The notes under the pieces are model-generated. The model made no database searches and had not been told where the DNA came from. It saw only the letters and a list, made by a program, of their open reading frames with translations. A stretch of 64,000 bases of DNA from Bacteroidales bacterium. Lineage in GTDB: Bacteria > Bacteroidota > Bacteroidia > Bacteroidales > UBA4417. The stretch's first letter is position 1. Every line of letters begins with the position of its first letter. The DNA lies in assembly GCA_038213495.1 (NCBI GenBank), contig JBBQSY010000005.1, positions 1,742 to 65,741 on the forward strand, read 5' to 3'. The position numbers and the translations under genes are program-made. Below, one piece after another: positions 22,424 through 31,971 of the stretch.

Positions 22424-23299
22424 TTATTTAAGCACTATCTTTGAGTTTGATTTATTCGTTCCACTTTTAAGCTCAACAAAGTACACTCCTTTTGGAAGTC
22501 CGGATAAGTTATATTCATTCCTGCTCTTGAGTATTTCATCGGTCATTACAAGTTGCCCTTTTGAATTGAAAATATTCAGGTCTATAATTTCTTTTTTGTA
22601 GCCGTTAAAATTTACATGCAATAATCCTTCGGTAGGGTTTGGGTAAACGGATACGTTTGCTTTGCTTAACAGTTCAGATATACCAACATCACTGGTTATG
22701 GTGATTCCGATAGGATCAGACAGACCTCCGCCATAATTATACTGATCGGCAGGATTCCTGTCCCAGTAATCTTTATCTCCTATAGCATACCTTAACATGA
22801 ACGAGCCCGTTTGGCCGTCAGTTCTTATCCGCGGTGTGAAATATAAACTGTCAAATTCGGTCAATTCAGCAGTACGGTCCGTTATAGCTCCCCACCAATG
22901 ATATCCGGGTAAGGCAGGAATTGAGTCTTGTAAGGTTTTGGTATGCTGGAAATTAAACACAAGGAGACCTGTATTGCTTAAAGCAGGATTTTTTGATATA
23001 ATTGTATAAGGAATATTATTATCTACAGTCCATCCGTTAGGTATCATGACTCCGAACAAACCTATATTTTTCAATACATTTGCCCATTCATTGTCACCTA
23101 ATCCAGGATCCTCATCCCGCTCTGCAACGATAGGTACATCAAAGTAGCTATTTGTATACCCCTCACTCGGCTGATTGATAGATCTGAACTGGTAACATCC
23201 GATAAAAAAGACCGAAATAATAAACAATACTCCTGTCAAAGCCAGGAACGTCGTTTTTTTGCTTCCCGTAAAAAAGTTGAAAGTAATTTTTTTTTTCAT
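22424..23299 (-). CDS. T9SS type A sorting domain protein with uncharacterised N-terminal domain
   Basis: Hydrophobic N-terminus ending FFIGC; C-terminal VYPNPT...LPKGVYFV...KIVLK. Confidence 0.8.
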   Translation of the reverse strand: MKKKITFNFFTGSKKTTFLALTGVLFIISVFFIGCYQFRSINQPSEGYTNSYFDVPIVAERDEDPGLGDNEWANVLKNIGLFGVMIPNGWTVDNNIPYTIISKNPALSNTGLLVFNFQHTKTLQDSIPALPGYHWWGAITDRTAELTEFDSLYFTPRIRTDGQTGSFMLRYAIGDKDYWDRNPADQYNYGGGLSDPIGITITSDVGISELLSKANVSVYPNPTEGLLHVNFNGYKKEIIDLNIFNSKGQLVMTDEILKSRNEYNLSGLPKGVYFVELKSGTNKSNSKIVLK

Positions 23300-23325
23300 G
23301 ATTAAGAGAGATTAAATGATTACTT

Positions 23326-23366
23326 TGTATGAATGTTCATACATACTATTATGCTATGCAAATATA
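23326..23366 (-). promoter_or_regulatory. PUL promoter (-7 element) with adjacent palindromic putative GntR operator
   Basis: TATATTTG (TAnnTTTG consensus) at 23359-23366 on minus strand; perfect palindrome TGTATGAA-TG-TTCATACA at 23326-23343 between promoter and start codon. Confidence 0.7.
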
Positions 23367-23598
23367 ATACATTTTTACGTTTATTCCCAGATTTATTTAA
23401 ATAGCTGTAAAAATTATTTTATGCACCCTGTGATTCGATTTTAACTTGTTCATCTTTAATCAGATATCTTATACCGATTTGAAATTCAAAATAGTCCATC
23501 CCGGTAAATATCGGGAGAACTAAACGAATTTCTGATTGGTATTTACCACTACAGAATTTCAAAACAGCCTTTGACCTGTTATAAAATTCACATTGGTA

Positions 23599-24441
23599 TT
23601 ATTTTTTGCCTGACTCTAATCGTTCAGCCATAGTAGATAGCGGTTCTGAAGAAGTTGGCCGTTTTTTGGAATGGTAGTATCCATGCATTTCAAGTTTTGG
23701 TAGTTCCTGGGCGCTTTCTTCAGTCAATAGCCTTGGGCCAGCAGGCTGAATGAGCTGCCTGTCGTTTTCGTCCGGATTCTTAATCCGGGTACTGATCGGG
23801 TAGCCATTCATAAGTTTTGAATCATAGCGTTTTAGCAAACAGGTAATTTGAGATAATTCGGTTCCGGAATTAATCCATTTTACGGATTCACCGGCTGTGA
23901 GAATTACAGGCATGCGCAGATTTCCAATTTGCCGTAGTAAGCTGTTTGCCGTAGTGGTTATAATGCTGAAACTTCTTTCTTGCTTGCCTGTTTGAGGATT
24001 AAACCAAATATCCCAGATGCCGGCAAAAGCAAACGGATTCAGATGGTTGCGCAAGTAAACAAGGTATGGGTTTGATAAACCTGGGTTTGAAAGCCCTTCG
24101 ATAAAGGCGGAGGCTATAACAATGCAGCGTTGGGTACGAATAGATTTGCGGAATTCTTTTTTTTGAATAATACCGGTTCCACCTCTGAAAGCCGGGTTAT
24201 CCTCTTTGTTGAAATCGCCTTCGGCACGGGCATTGAAAAGATTCATTTCGTGTTTTGCCCAAAAGGGAGTTAAACCGAATTTGAAGAGCTGCAATTCTTT
24301 TGGTTTGTCGCTGGTGATTACCGGTGTGTAAAGGCCAGGAGAGATATTATAATTGTATTCAATTATTATATTTTGAGATGGAAGAGCGAATTTGGATTCG
24401 ATCTTTTCGAGGCTGGTGACCAGAATATAGCGCATACACAT
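23599..24441 (-). CDS. SOS response-associated peptidase (SRAP/YedK/HMCES family, abasic-site protection)
   Basis: N-terminal MC.RY with catalytic Cys2, YNISP, FNARAE, RC...A..F.E, FAFAGIW, SIITT.AN, RMPVIL. Confidence 0.93.
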   Translation of the reverse strand: MCMRYILVTSLEKIESKFALPSQNIIIEYNYNISPGLYTPVITSDKPKELQLFKFGLTPFWAKHEMNLFNARAEGDFNKEDNPAFRGGTGIIQKKEFRKSIRTQRCIVIASAFIEGLSNPGLSNPYLVYLRNHLNPFAFAGIWDIWFNPQTGKQERSFSIITTTANSLLRQIGNLRMPVILTAGESVKWINSGTELSQITCLLKRYDSKLMNGYPISTRIKNPDENDRQLIQPAGPRLLTEESAQELPKLEMHGYYHSKKRPTSSEPLSTMAERLESGKK

Positions 24442-24649
24442 GATTAGAAATTAATCAAAGACAGATCTACAAGATAAACGAAAATTCTGATAGACGGTTA
24501 GCGAATGATGAATATTTAAAAATTACAGATAATAATTCACAGGAGCAGCATATTCAAAAGATTGGAGGCTATCCCGTTTGTGAGACAGCCCCCGATTCTG
24601 GTATTGGAAATTGTTACCAAACCGCTTCCAGCTTACTTTTAATCCTGGA

Positions 24650-25189
24650 TTATTCTTCCGGTGATTCAAACAGTTCTGTGTAAGTCAGGTAGTCTGGATT
24701 ATAATATTTTGCCACAGCGAATTTAAGGTAATCTGAATCAGTTTTTGATTCATCCAGTGCTGTCATTAAGGACTGATTGCCGGTATTAGTTTCTTCTAAA
24801 GGAAGATTTCCAATCCCGGCAGTTTCTTCCATATTGTTGTTGATGTAATAGGTAACATCAAATCTGAGATACTCAAGCTCAATTGCTACTGGCTCAGGTG
24901 TTGAAATAATAAAAGCATTATTTTCGTTTGCCGGTAATTCTGATTCTTCGCACCAAATTAATTCTGAATCTGTCCTATAGTCGTTACTATTGAATTTCAA
25001 ATAACTATAGTCAGCTTCTGATGTTTCCGGCAAAACTTCTCTCGCATCAGTGTGAACGGCATCAGCTTCCATATAATCAGCAACATTGAATGTTAGGTAG
25101 CTAAAATCTTCGGCAGGAATAACAGGAGGGTTAATGCCTGTTTCATTTTTTCTGTCAGCTGTAATTACTACGCCGGGTAACATGGTCAA
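24650..25189 (-). CDS. Acidic hypothetical protein with four (F/Y)SYL(K/R/T)F(D/N)V..Y repeats
   Basis: EDFSYLTFNVADY, ADYSYLKFNSNDY, IELEYLRFDVTYY, TDSDYLKFAVAKY; paralog at 30370-30723. Confidence 0.6.
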   Translation of the reverse strand: MTMLPGVVITADRKNETGINPPVIPAEDFSYLTFNVADYMEADAVHTDAREVLPETSEADYSYLKFNSNDYRTDSELIWCEESELPANENNAFIISTPEPVAIELEYLRFDVTYYINNNMEETAGIGNLPLEETNTGNQSLMTALDESKTDSDYLKFAVAKYYNPDYLTYTELFESPEE

Positions 25190-25366
25190 TTTATTCTGTT
25201 CTTCAGATGAAATGACTAAAAAGGTACATCTACCTGAAGGGAAAAAGGATTTCCGGGTATTGCAAACCTGTTTCTCTGTTTGAAACGAGAAGAAAAACAG
25301 TTACCGAAGGTTTGGTTACCTTTGGGTACCCGTTCAAAAAGATATTAATCTAAAGTAAAAGGTATA

Positions 25367-25750
25367 TTATCGCGGAGGTTTGTTAGATTTGGCTCTTTCT
25401 ACAGCTTTTGCCTTCCGGTATGCATCAAGCTTTACGCCTTGCTCAGCTGTTAATACGGCTTTTATTTGCTTATCGGTTTCGGCCACCAGCTTTACCCGCT
25501 CTTCGTGCATTTTTTCGCGGTCAACATTGCCTCCATCACGCATTTTCTGTAAAGCTTCTTCCTGTTTCTTCTGAGCTTCATTTATAATCGGGGTAACCTT
25601 TGCAACCTGATCTTTCGAGAGGGATAATTCCCTGGTTAAATCATTTATTTCTTTTTGAATTCTGGCAGCTGGATCGCCACCACCCCTTTGAGCATAACCT
25701 GACCCAATTGTCATAACTAAAACAAAGGCAATGATTACTGATTTTTTCAT
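25367..25750 (-). CDS. Periplasmic helical protein (DUF4890/Spy-CpxP-like)
   Basis: Signal peptide ending YAQ; L.LS.DQ..KV and IKAVLT.EQ (LTxxQ-like) motifs. Confidence 0.8.
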   Translation of the reverse strand: MKKSVIIAFVLVMTIGSGYAQRGGGDPAARIQKEINDLTRELSLSKDQVAKVTPIINEAQKKQEEALQKMRDGGNVDREKMHEERVKLVAETDKQIKAVLTAEQGVKLDAYRKAKAVERAKSNKPPR

Positions 25751-25777
25751 ATTTTAAATTTTTAAATTCTTTCATTG

Positions 25778-25803
25778 GACTATGAAAAAGGTAATTGGTT
25801 TAA
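25778..25803 (-). promoter_or_regulatory. Putative ECF-sigma promoter
   Basis: Minus strand TTAAAC-N16-AGTC ~30 bp upstream of the LTxxQ protein start. Confidence 0.4.
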
Positions 25804-26209
25804 CCACATGATGGAAATATTTTTAAATCCAGAACCTTGCATGATTAAATAGTTAATAAAATGCATTCAGAGTCAGTATTAATTAACTCCAATTGAAACA
25901 TACATACTGTCGGTTTAAAAAATTCATTAATAGATATGAAGACAGAATTTCATGTTCAACATAACTTTGATTAAAACGGATAAAATTTCCAATCGAAGTA
26001 TGCAGGTACTTCTCGAAATAAGATCTGTTAAAACTTACTTTACACTTGTGTTTATAGCTTAAAACCGAATGGCAGATGTGAGCACACAGACACCTGTTAC
26101 TCCGGAAAGTGCTTAGGCCTGAGCATCTCATGGAGGCTTATATATTAAATTCACAATTAGCAGCCATTTGCTATCTTTGAAAAAAATCCCAATTGTAAAT
26201 GCAATAACA

Positions 26210-27724
26210 TTGAAAGCATCGTGTATTTTTGGGATACTCATACTATTCCTTTATTCAGAATTATTTGGCCATACTGATCCGGAATTCCGGCCTGCTACTC
26301 ATGTTTTTTACTCTCAGCAAGGAAACCAGCCAACTTATTTTAAGCTTTGTTCTTTTGATAATCCAATTATTCGAACAGTTAGTTCTTTACATGTCAAACC
26401 TGCTATCGCAATTGTGTCATCAACCGGAGGAAGAACTCTTGAACTTCAGGTTAAAAACGCTGAATATGGCTCTGGACCTGATTCGTTTAGGATTATCAGG
26501 GGATCAGACAGTTGCAGCCCGGGCTATATTATGAATAAGGATACGTCTGTTTGTGCAGGAAGTATAATTGAATTTTATAGCCGCACTGCTCTGTCTTATC
26601 AGTGGCTCCCTGAAAACCTGGTGAGCAATTCATCAATTCGCAATCCCTATCTGATAAGTGACACCACCCGAACCTATTACCTGGTTACAATGGATTATAC
26701 AGATAACCTGGTGATTAATCCAGGTTATGAACTCGGGAATACTGGTTTTATTACTGGTTATACATACTGTGATGGTATTAATTGTTTAAGCCCGCTGGGT
26801 GATAATGGTTATTCTGTCGGCACCGATGCCAATTACTTTCATTCCTATTTTACGGGAAATGATCATACAACCGGCTCAGGGAATTTTATGATTATTAACG
26901 GGGCACAACCTTCCTTGATGGTATGGCAGCAAACAATTCCTGTTAAAACTTTTACAAAATACGCTTTTGGTGTCTGGATTAGTACAATGATCTCTTTACG
27001 CCCGGCGCAAATACAATTTTCAATAAATGGAGCTCAGATTGGTACAATTATTAATGCTCCGGTTTATGCAAATAAGTGGGAACAGGTTTTCGCAACATGG
27101 AATTCAGGCTCTGCTACATCCGCTACAATTAAGATTGTTGATATTCTTCCTGTACTGGAAGGAAATGATTTTGGGTTAGACGATTTGTTTTTCGGTGAAA
27201 TCATAAACTGCACGGATAGTGTTACTGTAACTGCTTCTCAAAATGTTAATCTTGGACAAGATACAATTATATCGCCGGAACAGGATGTAGTGTTTTCCCC
27301 TTCAAATGGAGATTTTGAACAGTATAACTGGAGTACGGGCGACACCACACAATTCATTTCAATTACTGAAGCTGGTACGTATTGGTTAGCGGCAACGGAT
27401 TATGAAGGATGCAAATCGAGCGATACGATCAATGTAAAGAATTCCCTGTCATTCATTATATTTCCTGATGCGTTTACTCCCAATGCTGATGGGTATAATG
27501 ATGTCTACCGTCCTGTATGCAGTAATGTCAGAAAATTTCACATGACGGTGTTCGATCGTTGGGGTCAATTTCTGTTTGAAACCAATGAGATTGAAGAGGG
27601 TTGGAATGGAATTATTCATGGCACATCAAGTCCCGCAGGCCTTTATGTTTATGTTGTAACCTATGAGTTTCAGGATACTGCCGGGGAAAAAACCAAAAGG
27701 GGAAGTTTTACACTAATCAGGTAA
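26210..27724 (+). CDS. T9SS type B (gliding-motility CHU_C) sorting domain surface protein with CBM-like domain
   Basis: C-terminal FPDAFTPNADGYND...VFDRWG...GWNG...GLYVY...G.FTLIR; NLVINPGYELG and GNDFGLDD carbohydrate-binding-like domain; TATCTTTG promoter-like element at 26172-26179 suggests the TTG start at 26210 rather than 26168. Confidence 0.85.
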   Translation: MKASCIFGILILFLYSELFGHTDPEFRPATHVFYSQQGNQPTYFKLCSFDNPIIRTVSSLHVKPAIAIVSSTGGRTLELQVKNAEYGSGPDSFRIIRGSDSCSPGYIMNKDTSVCAGSIIEFYSRTALSYQWLPENLVSNSSIRNPYLISDTTRTYYLVTMDYTDNLVINPGYELGNTGFITGYTYCDGINCLSPLGDNGYSVGTDANYFHSYFTGNDHTTGSGNFMIINGAQPSLMVWQQTIPVKTFTKYAFGVWISTMISLRPAQIQFSINGAQIGTIINAPVYANKWEQVFATWNSGSATSATIKIVDILPVLEGNDFGLDDLFFGEIINCTDSVTVTASQNVNLGQDTIISPEQDVVFSPSNGDFEQYNWSTGDTTQFISITEAGTYWLAATDYEGCKSSDTINVKNSLSFIIFPDAFTPNADGYNDVYRPVCSNVRKFHMTVFDRWGQFLFETNEIEEGWNGIIHGTSSPAGLYVYVVTYEFQDTAGEKTKRGSFTLIR

Positions 27725-27933
27725 TCCGTACTTTAATTAAGGACTAAATCCGGATTTATAAAAGCAAAAAATTGAATCGTTTTTCAACTCTGGCTCATAG
27801 AGTGAACCAAGCATACTATATTTATGATAGAACAATTTGAAAAGCTATACAGTTATTCCTTCATGGAACCTGAAATGAAAACTGCTGCGAAAGCACAAAA
27901 ACGATATATTTGCCTCAATTCTTTAATTAAAAA

Positions 27934-28824
27934 ATGAAAAAACTCATATTTACTCTTACTGCTCTCTTCGTATTGATTGCAAACTTGTCAGCACAGAATA
28001 AAAGTATTGACGAATCATTTTCGGACGAATCCGTAAATTGCGGCGGAGTTGAAAGATGGGATGTTAAAGTGCTGACCGACAACAAAGTGAATACCATTGA
28101 TTTTACTCCTATCACAACGACGGTTAACGGAATGGTTACCATTGTAACCCCGCAACCCAGCACAAGCATGCCGCGTTTCGAGGGGGTAGAAGATAAAACC
28201 TACAAACTGGTTTGCAAGATTACCATCAAGAAAAATGAAGCTGACAATGATTATCATTTAGTTTTCAGTGACGGGATCCATACATTTATTGGTGAAATCC
28301 CTAACCCGGTATGTGCTGCAGCTTCAACCTCCGATTTTGTGGATCAGTTTATTGCTGCCAGAAATTTTATAGATACGTATATTCCCCAGACCAATTCAAA
28401 TACTGTAAATATTCCGGATGTTGAAGTGACAGGTGTGGCATTTATTGATCCGCCTCACGGTCAAACCGGAAAGGCGCCGAATAACATTGAATTTCATCCC
28501 ATTTTAGATATACATTTTTACAGTTATACAAACATCACGGATGTACATGCAGAAAAATTGCTTACGGTAAGTTTATACCCAAATCCAGCCAAAAGTAGGG
28601 TTGTTGTTAACGTTATTTCAAAAAATGAAACACTGGAGAATTGCACTTTACAATTGTATGATGTACATGCCGGCTGCATAAAAATATTTAATCTTCCGGT
28701 TACAGAAAACAAAAATATATCAGAGACACTTGATCTGAAGAATATACCTGCCGGTGTATATATTTATAAAATCCTGAATGAGGGCAAGCTTATCTATGAC
28801 GGGAAACTGGTAGTTACTCAATGA
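27934..28824 (+). CDS. T9SS type A sorting domain protein with uncharacterised OB-fold-like N-terminal domain
   Basis: Signal peptide; CGGVERWDVK, EADNDYHLV, IEFHP motifs; C-terminal LYPNPA...PAGVYIY...GKLVV; TATATTTG promoter element at 27905-27912. Confidence 0.82.
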   Translation: MKKLIFTLTALFVLIANLSAQNKSIDESFSDESVNCGGVERWDVKVLTDNKVNTIDFTPITTTVNGMVTIVTPQPSTSMPRFEGVEDKTYKLVCKITIKKNEADNDYHLVFSDGIHTFIGEIPNPVCAAASTSDFVDQFIAARNFIDTYIPQTNSNTVNIPDVEVTGVAFIDPPHGQTGKAPNNIEFHPILDIHFYSYTNITDVHAEKLLTVSLYPNPAKSRVVVNVISKNETLENCTLQLYDVHAGCIKIFNLPVTENKNISETLDLKNIPAGVYIYKILNEGKLIYDGKLVVTQ

Positions 28825-28981
28825 TCCATTTCAAAAGCTTGCTAAACAAGAACGGGCAATATATGATTTGACCCGTTATCCAAATGTTAAATCTTCTGAA
28901 TAACTTTGATATTCCCCATCATATCTTCGGGGTATGGTACACTTATTGTTTTTAATATATAGTTGAAAAACATCATTTCTT

Positions 28982-29518
28982 ATGAAAACCAGGATAATTA
29001 TACTAGTCGCTTTCTTTATCTCCGGCGCATTGTTTGCACAAGGGACTAAGAGAAATAAGGAGAGTAAAACGGAAAAAGCCATGCGCATAGAAAAGGAGTA
29101 CAAAGCCACTGAACAGTTGATAGATGGCTCTGTATTTGTTCTTTCAGCTGATTTTCTTTCTAATCAGAGTGGCTATCGCGTTATTTCCAACCCGCTTTTA
29201 AATTTCATCAAAGTAGATTCTTCCGAAGCCGTAATTCAAACAGGCAGGAATTCAGGTTTAGGGTATAACGGTGTAGGGGGGCTAACCTTACAGGGAAAGA
29301 TAACCGAATGGATTGTAAAAAAAGATTCGTCTCATAAGTCGTTTATGATCAGGATGAGCATTTCTTCTGCCTTAGGATATTACCAGGTGTTTATGAATGT
29401 TAACGCTTCAGGAAAGGCTGTTGCAACACTAAGTGGCAACTACAGTGGTAAACTTGTGTTTGAAGGCAGCCTCATCCCTTTGGATAAAGCAAGAACCTTT
29501 GAGGGCAGTAAAATATAG
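28982..29518 (+). CDS. DUF4251 domain exported protein
   Basis: Signal peptide; FVLSAD, NFIKVD...AVIQ, GYNGVGGLT..G motifs. Confidence 0.8.
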   Translation: MKTRIIILVAFFISGALFAQGTKRNKESKTEKAMRIEKEYKATEQLIDGSVFVLSADFLSNQSGYRVISNPLLNFIKVDSSEAVIQTGRNSGLGYNGVGGLTLQGKITEWIVKKDSSHKSFMIRMSISSALGYYQVFMNVNASGKAVATLSGNYSGKLVFEGSLIPLDKARTFEGSKI

Positions 29519-30369
29519 TGTAAAATAACAGGTACATCCTGTTTATTATTGCTGACATGATCCAGGTATTTATCCTTTATTGAACCAGCTTCGAAAGCTG
29601 AGGTACCTGTTGTCTCGACAGAATTATGCCGTTACCCGCGCATATAATGGATAATATTTACGCATAGTAAAAAAATCCCGTATTTTCAGGCTTCATTAAA
29701 GGACTTTGCATTTTTAAAATTTAATAAATACGGATGATTGGATGACATTTTTCAGCGCATCAAAGAGGATCTGCTTTTTTCTTTATTTTACTATTAAATC
29801 GAGAGTTTAGCATAGTCGATTAAGAGTGAATGCTTCATAAGCAAAAGGTGCGGCAGTTTGAGCCTGCCAATTTCAATACATTGGGAATAAATATATTTTG
29901 GTCAAGTGGAGGGATGGTTTCGATTAGAATCTGTGTCAGATATCGGGGTGTGTATAGAAAAGAAGAAAATTTCAACATGAGAGATCAGGATAATTTTTGT
30001 TGGATTATCCTGTGTTATATTAGGGTTATATCACCTGGTAAAACCATATCGCCAGGAACATAGACTATGATGCTAGATGCTGTTGGATTGAAACATTTTA
30101 TTTAGTTTCATGGCTTTTACATAGAATGTACCTGCGGCAAATGATTGGGGTTTTATCAAATTTGAGATTACATGATAAAAAATTCTTAAGATTGCAGGCT
30201 TATCTCTTTTGCTGTGTTTAACCCGTGTTAAATTTAATTGAGATGCAGGAACTGTAGAATAAACATGTGTTACAAATTTTTATGAACAAAGGTTAATAAG
30301 GCCATATGAACCGGGAAAACAGTATTACAAACAATAGCCATCAACAAGTAACCTGTTTAACCCGTTATA

Positions 30370-30723
30370 TTATTCAGATAATTCAATTTGTTCGTCTGAA
30401 CTTAATTGATCCGGACTATAATACTTCGATACATCGAATTTTAAATAGCCATAATCTGTTTTGGGGATTTAGGGTAAATCTTCGGTTTCAACTGCATTAG
30501 CGTCATCAATTTCCATATATTTTGTTACATCAAATTTCAGGTAGCTGAAGTCTGTTAACGGAACTTCTGGTATATCTTCAGATATAACTGTATTAACAAT
30601 ATCGGACTCCATGTAATCTGTTACATCAAATTTCAGATAGCTAAAGTCTTCGGTTGATAGATCAAGAGAGTTACTTTCGTTAACTTTTGACCTGGTAGCT
30701 GTAATTTCAACTTCCGGTAACAT
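30370..30723 (-). pseudogene. Pseudogene paralog of 24650-25189 with an in-frame premature TAA
   Basis: ORF MLPEVEITA... stops at 30469-30471, but the same frame continues IPKTDYGYLKFDVSKYYSPDQLSSDEQIELSE* to 30370, aligning with the paralog C-terminus ESKTDSDYLKFAVAKYYNPDYLTYTELFESPEE. Confidence 0.75.
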
Positions 30724-31058
30724 GATAGTTGCATAATGTTAAGATTTAGGTGAATGATTAATTGAATTACGGCTTCTTAAATAAAATAAGAACCGGTTTA
30801 CCTGTTAGGTAAATTTCTTTGGTATTTTGAAGTTTAGTGGGGGTCAGGATTGACTTGATGTTCAGAAAACAATTTTTAACTAAGTCCCTGAAAAAGCATA
30901 TAATAGAATGCTTCTTTTTAAATGTCAGAGAGAATCTGCATTAATTGTGCAAAAACAATACTCTCTTATGTTTATTTAAATGAGAAAATGTTAATTTAGG
31001 TCTCTCTAGAAATAGAAGAGCAATATTTTGATTCAGCTCTTTAAAATATAAAAATGTA

Positions 31059-31125
31059 AATAGTGTGTGTAATAGTGAGTGTAAGACAAAAAATAAACGC
31101 TGTACATCATTGATATACAGCGTTT
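31059..31125. other. att-like signature downstream of tRNA-Phe (hairpin plus tandem 12-bp repeats)
   Basis: Inverted repeat AAACGCTGTACATCA-T-TGATATACAGCGTTT (31095-31125, 14/15 match) and direct repeats TAGTGTGTGTAA/TAGTGAGTGTAA (31061-31084). Confidence 0.5.
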
Positions 31126-31140
31126 TGTTTTCCCTTTGGG

Positions 31141-31213
<73 letters not shown>

Positions 31214-31417
31214 GTTCTTGATAGGGACTGCAAAATTAGTTTATTTTTTCAAATTCCAATTATTTTTACAGGAAATTTATCGGAAGGTAAAAAAAAACTC
31301 TTTTTTTATAAAAAACTATACAAAAAAATAAATGCTTTTGCTTTGGAGTTAAAAAAACTTCCTATATTTGCACCCCATTAAGAAATTTATAATCAATTAA
31401 TTAAAACATTTTTAAAA

Positions 31418-31702
31418 ATGACTAAAGCAGAAATCGTTGCTGAAATAGCCAGTAAAACAAACATCGAAAAAGTAGCTGTACAGCAAACCGTAGAATCATT
31501 CATGGATGCTATTAAAAAAGCAATGGCTGATGGCGAAAATGTTTACCTCAGAGGTTTTGGAAGTTTCGTTGTGAAACAAAGAGCTGAGAAAACAGGCCGT
31601 AATATCTCAAAAAATACTACTATTATTATTCCGGCTCACAACATCCCTTCATTTAAACCTGCTAAGGTTTTTGTTAACGAAGTGAAAAACAAAGTCAAAT
31701 AA
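31418..31702 (+). CDS. hup: HU family DNA-binding protein
   Basis: MTKAEIV, VYLRGFGSF, GRNISKNTTIIIPAHNIPSFKP; TATATTTG promoter element at 31363-31370. Confidence 0.95.
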   Translation: MTKAEIVAEIASKTNIEKVAVQQTVESFMDAIKKAMADGENVYLRGFGSFVVKQRAEKTGRNISKNTTIIIPAHNIPSFKPAKVFVNEVKNKVK

Positions 31703-31733
31703 AGTAGGATTTTCTATTACTAATAAGTAAAGT

Positions 31734-31823
31734 ATGCCAAGCGGAAAGAAGAGAAAGAGACATAAAATGTCGACGCATAAACGGAAGAAACGTTTACGTA
31801 AGAACCGTCACAAGAAGAAATAA
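31734..31823 (+). CDS. 30S ribosomal protein bS22-like (AURKAIP1/COX24 family) small basic protein, 29 aa
   Basis: Manual translation MPSGKKRKRHKMSTHKRKKRLRKNRHKKK; missed by the ORF track. Confidence 0.88.
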   Translation: MPSGKKRKRHKMSTHKRKKRLRKNRHKKK

Positions 31824-31841
31824 CCACACACAACTTTATGG

Positions 31842-31886
31842 TTTCATCACATGAATCATTTGTAATTCATGTGGTGAAATTTTTTT
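31842..31886 (+). terminator. Intrinsic terminator/attenuator after hup-bS22
   Basis: Stem TTTCATCACATGAAT / ATTCATGTGGTGAAA (one G-U pair) followed by a T run. Confidence 0.65.
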
Positions 31887-31971
31887 ACTTACTTTTACCC
31901 TCATATCCTGTTGCAACATCGTTTGCATAAAGATATGCAAAAGGGTAAATATCTGATAAGCTAATACAGCT

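Noticed and set aside
23599..24441. SRAP gene as part of a mutagenesis or defence cassette
   Set aside because: No umuDC/imuABC, nuclease or other defence genes adjacent; appears solitary.
29520..30360. Long AT-rich spacer with short ORFs (also 1270-1990 and 6980-7490)
   Set aside because: No recognisable protein or RNA motif by eye; may be decayed genes but I cannot support a call.
30741..30752. AAGATTTAGGTG partial match to leuS repeat B (also CCCTAAATCCT near 63198)
   Set aside because: Only 10-12 bp and without the associated hairpin; compatible with chance.
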